From Alphaproteobacteria bacterium (GTDB lineage Bacteria; Pseudomonadota; Alphaproteobacteria; SHVV01), in contig OZ253470.1 in assembly GCA_965261735.1 (NCBI GenBank), positions 2,656,001-2,720,000 of the forward strand: a stretch of DNA of 64,000 nt, read 5' to 3'. Below the pieces are notes generated by a model. That model saw only the letters and a program-made list of their open reading frames with translations. It made no database searches and was not told the DNA's origin. Position 1 is the stretch's first letter. Every line of letters starts with the position of its first letter. Made by a program: the position numbers and the translations under genes. Of this stretch, positions 58,275-64,000 are shown piece after piece.

Positions 58275-59651
58275 ATGATTCAGAAAGACTTTGCCGAGTA
58301 CGCGGCTTCGCTCCACGAAGCGGCGCTGCCGCCGGAGATCGTGCATGGTGCCAAGCGGGTGGTGATCGACTGGTTCGCCGCCACCGTGCCGGGCGGCGCC
58401 GTGGCGCCGGCAACGCTGCTCATCAAGGCCCTCCAGAAAGAGGGCATCGGCCAGGGCAGCGCGGTGCTCGTGCCCTCGGGCAAGCGCGCGAGCCTGCGCA
58501 CGGCCGCACTGATCAACGGCACCGCGGCCCATACCGTCGAATTCGACGACATCTACCGCTTCGCCATCTATCACCCCGGGGTCGTGGTCATCCCGGCGGC
58601 GCTGGCGGCGGCGCAGACCGAGCACGCCTCGGGCGATCGCTTCCTGCGCGCCGTGATCGCCGGCTACGAGGTCTCAAACCGCATCGGCCGTACCGTCAAC
58701 CCGGCGCACTACAAGTATTGGCACACCACCGGCACCGTCGGCCATTTCGGTGCCGCCGTGGCGACCGCGGTGGTGCTCGGCCTCGATGCCGGCCAGATAG
58801 CGCATGCGTTGGCCACCGCCGGGACCATGGCGGCAGCGTTGCAGCAGGCATTTCGCGCCGATGCCATGACCAAGCCGATGCACGCCGGGCAGGCGGCCTC
58901 GAACGGCGCGCTGGCGGCGATGGCCGCGGGCGCCGGGGTGACGGGCGCGCCGTCCATGTTCGAGGGCGAAGTCGGCTTCGGCGCGGCCATGAGCGACAAT
59001 CCCGATTGGTCGGCGGCGCTCGCCGATCTCGGGAGCCACTGGACCATCCTCGACATGACGCAGAAGAACCATGCCTGCTGCGGCTTCATCCACGCCGCGA
59101 TCGATGCGCTCATGAACCTGCGCCTCGAACACGGCCTCGAGGCAGACAACGTCGCCCGCATTCGTGTCGGCACCTATGGCACCGCCCTCGAGGTGGCGGG
59201 AAACGAGAACCCGAAGACGCTGTATGAATGCAAGTTCAGCATCCCCTATTGCGCCGCCCTCGCACTGCTCACGGGGCGCGTCCGAATGGACGCCTTCGCC
59301 GACGAATGGCTCCACGATACGCGCGTGCGCGAGGTCATGGGCCGGGTCGAGATGTACGTCGATGCCGAAGCCGACGCCGCGTTCCCCGGTCAGCGCGGGG
59401 CCCTGGTCGAGATCGAAACCACCTCGGGCGAGCGCTACAGCGAACGGCGCCGCACCCGCAAGGGTGACTCCGACGATCCCCTGACCGAGGCCGAGCTCGC
59501 CGACAAGTACTGGGAGCTGGTGACGCCAGTGATCGGCGCCGAGGCCGGCGGGCTCCTGCTCGACGGCCTCAACGCGATCGAGACCCTGGACGATATGGCG
59601 GCGCTGCCGTTCCAGGGACCGCTCGCCGAATCGCGCTCACGCACCGGTTAG
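58275..59651 (+). CDS. MmgE/PrpD family protein
   Basis: AALING.AAH..EFDD, HPG, GYEV, WHTTGT, KP.HAG, K.H.CC, KFS.PY. Confidence 0.9.
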   Translation: MIQKDFAEYAASLHEAALPPEIVHGAKRVVIDWFAATVPGGAVAPATLLIKALQKEGIGQGSAVLVPSGKRASLRTAALINGTAAHTVEFDDIYRFAIYHPGVVVIPAALAAAQTEHASGDRFLRAVIAGYEVSNRIGRTVNPAHYKYWHTTGTVGHFGAAVATAVVLGLDAGQIAHALATAGTMAAALQQAFRADAMTKPMHAGQAASNGALAAMAAGAGVTGAPSMFEGEVGFGAAMSDNPDWSAALADLGSHWTILDMTQKNHACCGFIHAAIDALMNLRLEHGLEADNVARIRVGTYGTALEVAGNENPKTLYECKFSIPYCAALALLTGRVRMDAFADEWLHDTRVREVMGRVEMYVDAEADAAFPGQRGALVEIETTSGERYSERRRTRKGDSDDPLTEAELADKYWELVTPVIGAEAGGLLLDGLNAIETLDDMAALPFQGPLAESRSRTG

Positions 59652-59700
59652 CGCGCCAGACCGCAACCTCGCCGTTAGCCGCGACCTCTCACCGGCGACC

Positions 59701-60078
59701 TCAGCCGCGGGGCGCCGGGGTCATGAGGCCGACCATGCCGCCGTCGGGGTCGCTGATGATGGCGATTCGGCCGACGCCCGGAATGTCGAAGGGCTCGCGC
59801 ACCACGCTGCCGCCGAGGTCGCTCGTTTTCTTGGCCGTGGCATCGACGTCGTCGACGCCGATATAAGCCATCCAGGCCTGGGGTGTCGGACCCATCTCGG
59901 GCGTGATCTGGAACATGCCGCCGCGGTCCTCGCCGCCAGCCTTCACCAGCGTATAGAAGCCGGACGACATCGGCATGTCCGCCGTTTCCCAGCCGAGCAG
60001 GCCGGAATAGAAGGCCTTGCTCTTGTCCATGTCCTTGGCCATCAGCTCGTTCCAAATGAAAGTACCCTGTACGCTCAT
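59701..60078 (-). CDS. VOC/glyoxalase family protein
   Basis: F.WNEL...D.....FY..L.GW, W..YI.V.DVD, GR.A...DP.G. Confidence 0.9.
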   Translation of the reverse strand: MSVQGTFIWNELMAKDMDKSKAFYSGLLGWETADMPMSSGFYTLVKAGGEDRGGMFQITPEMGPTPQAWMAYIGVDDVDATAKKTSDLGGSVVREPFDIPGVGRIAIISDPDGGMVGLMTPAPRG

Positions 60079-60181
60079 GCCTTCCTCCCTTGATCCTTGT
60101 TGGTCGTGTTCTGGCCGTGAGTCTACACGCGGCGCGACGCGGGAGTGAACCCGTTCACGGCGTTTTGTAGCGCCGGAGCGC

Positions 60182-61060
60182 TTAGTCGAGACTCGCGATC
60201 CATTCGGCCAGCGCGGCGCCGATCGCGTCGGGCGAATCCTCCTGCACGAAGTGGAGGCCCGGCACCGTGACCTCGCGCTGGTTCGGCCAGGTGCGGCAGA
60301 ACTCGCGCGGGCGACCGACGAGGATGGCGCCGGGCTCGGCGTTGATAAACAGCTTGGGCACGGCGCTCGCCGCGAGCCACTCGGCGGAGCTCGCGACGAT
60401 GGCCACAACATCCGCCGGCTCGCCTTCGAGGGGCAGCTCGCGCGGCCAGGTGAGCGTCGGGCGACGGCTCTCGCCGGGCTCAACGTAAGGCGCGCGGTAG
60501 GCATCCATCTCGGCGTCGCCGAGGGTTCGCAAGATGGAGCCGGGTAGGACGCGCTCGACGAACAGGTTCTTTTCCAGAACCATGCCCTCTCCGGCTGGGG
60601 AGCGTAAGCCCTCGAACACCGGCCGGGCGGCCTGCGGCCAGTCGTCCCAGGTCGCGGGCTGCACGATCGCCTCCATGTAGGCGAGGCCGCGCACGCCCTC
60701 ACGGTGGCGGTTGGCCCAATCGAAGGCGAGCGCGGAGCCCCAATCGTGGCCGACGAAGACGACCCGGGTTGCGACGCCGAGGCCCTCGAGGAGCGCGTCG
60801 AGGTAGTCGCGGTGCTCGATGAAGCGGTATCGGCCGGGACCGCTATCGTCGAGTTTATCGGAATCACCCATGCCGATAAGGTCGGGCGCGATGCAGCGCC
60901 CGAGGCCCTCGCAGGCCGGGATGACGTTGCGCCACAGGTAGGACGACGTCGGGTTGCCGTGGAGAAAGACGATGGGGTCACCGGTGCCGGCCTCGACGTA
61001 GGCCATGGCACGACCCTTGATAATGGCTCGTTTCTTCGTGTAGCGGCCGGCATCGACCAT
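60182..61060 (-). CDS. haloalkane dehalogenase (LinB/DhaA-like)
   Basis: [20 protein letters not shown] nucleophile, [24 protein letters not shown]. Confidence 0.9.
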   Translation of the reverse strand: MVDAGRYTKKRAIIKGRAMAYVEAGTGDPIVFLHGNPTSSYLWRNVIPACEGLGRCIAPDLIGMGDSDKLDDSGPGRYRFIEHRDYLDALLEGLGVATRVVFVGHDWGSALAFDWANRHREGVRGLAYMEAIVQPATWDDWPQAARPVFEGLRSPAGEGMVLEKNLFVERVLPGSILRTLGDAEMDAYRAPYVEPGESRRPTLTWPRELPLEGEPADVVAIVASSAEWLAASAVPKLFINAEPGAILVGRPREFCRTWPNQREVTVPGLHFVQEDSPDAIGAALAEWIASLD

Positions 61061-61168
61061 GGGCGCACCTCCAACGGCTGCGGTTGCCTGCTCGTGGCGG
61101 GGCGCGTAGTTTAGGCCAGATGCGCCCTCTCACAAGTCATACGGAGCGGTATTTCCGAGGCGCCGCCG

Positions 61169-62008
61169 ATGGCATCACCCGATAGCGAGCCGGCCGCCGA
61201 TCGCTCGGCCGCGGCGCAACGTGCGGAGCGCCCGGCGATCGCGGTTCGCGGCGTGGTCAAGTCGTTCGGCGGCATCACCGCGGTCGACCACTGCTCGATC
61301 GACGTGCGCCAAGGCTCGATCACCGGGCTGATCGGGCCCAACGGCGCCGGCAAGACGACCCTGTTCAACATCGTCGCCGGCTTCATGCGGCCCGACGGCG
61401 GGCGCATCGAACTCGAGGGGCGCGACGTGACCGGCATGGCGCCACATCTCCTGTTCGCCCGCGGCCTCGTGCGTACGTTCCAGATCCCGCACGAGTTCCA
61501 GCGCATGAGCGTGCTCGAAAACCTGATGGTGGTGCCGGGGCGGCAGACGGGCGAAAACGTCCTCAAGGCGTGGTTCCGTTGGGGCCGGGTCACGCACGAG
61601 GAGGAAGCACTGCGCGACAAGGCGGCCGAAGTCCTCGAATTCCTCGAGCTTACCCGGGTTACGGACGAGCTCGCGGGCAACCTGTCGGGAGGCCAGAAGA
61701 AGCTGCTCGAGCTCGGCCGGACGATGATGGCGGACGCCCGCGTCGTGTTGCTCGATGAGCCCGGTGCCGGGGTCAACCGCACATTGCTGGCCAAGCTCAG
61801 CGACAACATCGTCCGCCTCAACGAGGAGCGCGGCATGACCTTTTGCGTGATCGAGCACGACATGGACCTGATCGCCCGCCTGTGCAATCCGGTGATCGTG
61901 CTCGCCGAGGGACGGGTGATCGCCGAGGGCACGATGGACGACATCCGCCACAATGAGCAGGTGTTGGAGGCCTATCTCGGCGGGGGCGCGTCCGCGCACG
62001 AGGACTAG
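61169..62008 (+). CDS. branched-chain amino acid-type ABC ATP-binding protein (LivG-like)
   Basis: GPNGAGKTT, RTFQ, LSGGQKK, DEP.AG, IEHDM, EAYLG. Confidence 0.92.
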   Translation: MASPDSEPAADRSAAAQRAERPAIAVRGVVKSFGGITAVDHCSIDVRQGSITGLIGPNGAGKTTLFNIVAGFMRPDGGRIELEGRDVTGMAPHLLFARGLVRTFQIPHEFQRMSVLENLMVVPGRQTGENVLKAWFRWGRVTHEEEALRDKAAEVLEFLELTRVTDELAGNLSGGQKKLLELGRTMMADARVVLLDEPGAGVNRTLLAKLSDNIVRLNEERGMTFCVIEHDMDLIARLCNPVIVLAEGRVIAEGTMDDIRHNEQVLEAYLGGGASAHED

Positions 62009-62044
62009 CGGCGCTCGCGCCCAGGACGGACGGGGCCGGTACGC

Positions 62045-62749
62045 ATGAGCTTGCTCGACGTCGACGACATCTATGGTGGCTACGGCGGCGCCGATATCCT
62101 GAACTCGGTCTCGATGCGGGTCGCGGCGGGTGAGATCGTGGTCATCGTCGGGCCCAACGGGGCCGGCAAGTCGACGGCGATGAAGGCGGTGTTCGGGCTG
62201 GTGGCGGTGCGGCGCGGGCACATCCGCTTCGACGGCTCCGATATCGCCAACCTCCGGCCCGACCAGATCGTCCGCCACGGACTGAGCTACGTACCCCAGG
62301 AACACAACGTCTTCCCCTCGCTCAGCGTGATCGAGAACCTCGAGATGGGCGCCTATGTCCGGCGCGACGCCTACGGCGCGCAGATCGAGCACGTGCTCAA
62401 CGTGTTTCCCCCGTTGCGCGAGAAGCGCCATCAGCCCGCGGGATCGCTGTCGGGCGGGCAGCGCCAGATGGTGGCGATCGGCCGCGCGCTGATGCTGGAG
62501 CCGCGGCTGCTGCTGCTCGACGAGCCGACCGCCGGCCTGTCGCCGTTGTTCATCGAGATCATTTTCGAACGCATTCTGGAGATCAACCGGCTCGGAATCA
62601 GCCTGCTGATGGTCGAGCAGAACGCCAAGCAGGCGCTCGGCATCGCACACCGCGGCTACGTGCTGACACTGGGCACCAACCGCTTCGAGGACACCGGCCC
62701 CAACCTGTTGGCGAACCCCGAGGTCGCCGAGATGTTTCTCGGCGGCTGA
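62045..62749 (+). CDS. branched-chain amino acid-type ABC ATP-binding protein (LivF-like)
   Basis: GPNGAGKST, LSGGQRQM, DEPTAGLSP, VEQNA. Confidence 0.92.
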   Translation: MSLLDVDDIYGGYGGADILNSVSMRVAAGEIVVIVGPNGAGKSTAMKAVFGLVAVRRGHIRFDGSDIANLRPDQIVRHGLSYVPQEHNVFPSLSVIENLEMGAYVRRDAYGAQIEHVLNVFPPLREKRHQPAGSLSGGQRQMVAIGRALMLEPRLLLLDEPTAGLSPLFIEIIFERILEINRLGISLLMVEQNAKQALGIAHRGYVLTLGTNRFEDTGPNLLANPEVAEMFLGG

Positions 62750-62761
62750 CGCGGCGGCGCG

Positions 62762-63628
62762 ATGCTCGAGGTCATCCAGCTCACCGTCTACGGGATCGTT
62801 CTCGGCAGCATCCTGACGCTCGGCGCCATCGGCCTGTCGCTGCTGTTCGGTATCCTGCGCTTCGCCCATTTCGCGCACGGCGACATGATGACGCTCGGCG
62901 CCTACCTCGCGCTCGCCGTCGTCGCCGGCCTGGGCCTGCCCATGGTGGTCGCCTTTCCGCTCGCCATGGCCGGCACCGTCGCCGTCGCGCTCGGCATCGA
63001 CCGTGTGCTGTACCGGCGGCTGCGCCGTACCCAGCCCGTCATTCTGCTGATCTCCTCGGTCGGCGTCGCGTTGATGCTACGCAGCGCCGTGCAGCTGGTC
63101 TGGGGCCCGCGCAACCAGGTCTATGAGCCCGGCATCAAGCTGCCGCTGAGCATCGCGGACATCAGGATCAAGCCCGATCAGCTCACTATCGTCGCCGGCG
63201 CCGCGGTCCTCGTCATCGCGCTGCATCTGTTCCTGAAGTACACCAAGATCGGCAAGGCGATGCGGGCGATGAGTGATAACGCCGACCTCGCGCGCGTCAC
63301 CGGCATCGACACCGAGCGCGTGGTCGCCTGGACTTGGGTGATCGGCGGAAGCCTGGCGGCGGCGGCCGGTATCTTCCTCGCCATCGACACCCGCCTGCTA
63401 CCGACGCTGGGCTGGAACCTACTGCTGCCGGTGTTCGCGGCCGCCATCCTCGGCGGTATCGGCCGCCCCTATGGGGCCATCGCCGGGGGCATGGTCATCG
63501 GCATCACGGCGGAGCTGTCGACACTGTTCCTGGTGCCCGCCTACAAGCCCGTGGTCCCCTTCGTGCTGATGGTGGCGATGCTCGTGTGGCGGCCCCAGGG
63601 CCTGTTCGGAGGACCGAAATGGAACTAG
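62762..63628 (+). CDS. branched-chain amino acid-type ABC permease (LivH-like)
   Basis: AIGLSL..GI, FAHG, GKAMRA, GGIG...GA, RPQGLFG. Confidence 0.9.
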   Translation: MLEVIQLTVYGIVLGSILTLGAIGLSLLFGILRFAHFAHGDMMTLGAYLALAVVAGLGLPMVVAFPLAMAGTVAVALGIDRVLYRRLRRTQPVILLISSVGVALMLRSAVQLVWGPRNQVYEPGIKLPLSIADIRIKPDQLTIVAGAAVLVIALHLFLKYTKIGKAMRAMSDNADLARVTGIDTERVVAWTWVIGGSLAAAAGIFLAIDTRLLPTLGWNLLLPVFAAAILGGIGRPYGAIAGGMVIGITAELSTLFLVPAYKPVVPFVLMVAMLVWRPQGLFGGPKWN

Positions 63629-64000
63629 GCGGCCTGCTCAGCTACCTCGTCTTTTTCGTCACCCTGGTCGGTGTCTACGCGCTGCTTTCGCTCGGCCTCA
63701 ACGTGCAATGGGGCTTCACGGGCCTGTTCAATATCGGCATCGCCGCCTACTTCGCGGTCGGCGCCTACGCGAGCGCGATCCTCACCACCGACCCGAGCCC
63801 GACGCACCTCGGCGGCTTCGGGCTGCCCTTCGTCGTCGGCCTCTCCGGCGCCATGGCGAGTGCCGGCGTGCTCGCCTACCTCATCGGCCGCGCCACGCTG
63901 AATCTACGCGGCGACTACCTCGCCATCGCGACCATCGGTATCGCCGAGATCGTGCGCCTGGTGCTCAAGAACGAGGCCTGGCTGACCAACGGGGTGCGCG
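63619..64000 (+). CDS. branched-chain amino acid-type ABC permease (LivM-like), partial
   Basis: LGLN.QWG.TGL.N.G..A.F.VGAY, LRGDYLAIAT; runs off the window end. Confidence 0.88.
   Translation, partial: MELGGLLSYLVFFVTLVGVYALLSLGLNVQWGFTGLFNIGIAAYFAVGAYASAILTTDPSPTHLGGFGLPFVVGLSGAMASAGVLAYLIGRATLNLRGDYLAIATIGIAEIVRLVLKNEAWLTNGVR

Overview
High-GC DNA, most likely from an alphaproteobacterium judging by the MreB, tRNA-Glu fragment and REP-like repeats. It has three zones. (1) 1-14.65 kb is the decayed end of a tRNA-Glu-targeting integrative element. It holds a truncated tyrosine integrase, an att core (3' half of tRNA-Glu(CUC)) split by an IS1182-family element, two IS630 copies, two inverted IS1595 copies plus other IS1595 and IS5 fragments, phage/defence gene relics (DUF262, HNH/DUF1524, T7-like helicase), a ParB-like gene and an intact orphan mreB. 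(2) 14.7-50.3 kb is a dense catabolic supercluster of unknown substrate. It includes two ABC importers, each linked to SnoaL proteins and an amidohydrolase-fold protein lacking canonical metal ligands, a P450 with ferredoxin, an acyl-CoA ligase, three Rieske oxygenase alpha subunits, acoAB with a stand-alone lipoyl domain, a CoA-transferase/OB-fold/thiolase/hydratase/ACAD-pair module and a GntR regulator. (3) 50.3-64 kb is mixed: two pseudogenes, dtd, a tag-like glycosylase, an LLM oxidoreductase, a fourth Rieske subunit, an isochorismatase-family hydrolase, a PrpD-family protein, a haloalkane dehalogenase and a Liv-type ABC transporter. All product calls are by motif recognition only; no database search was run.
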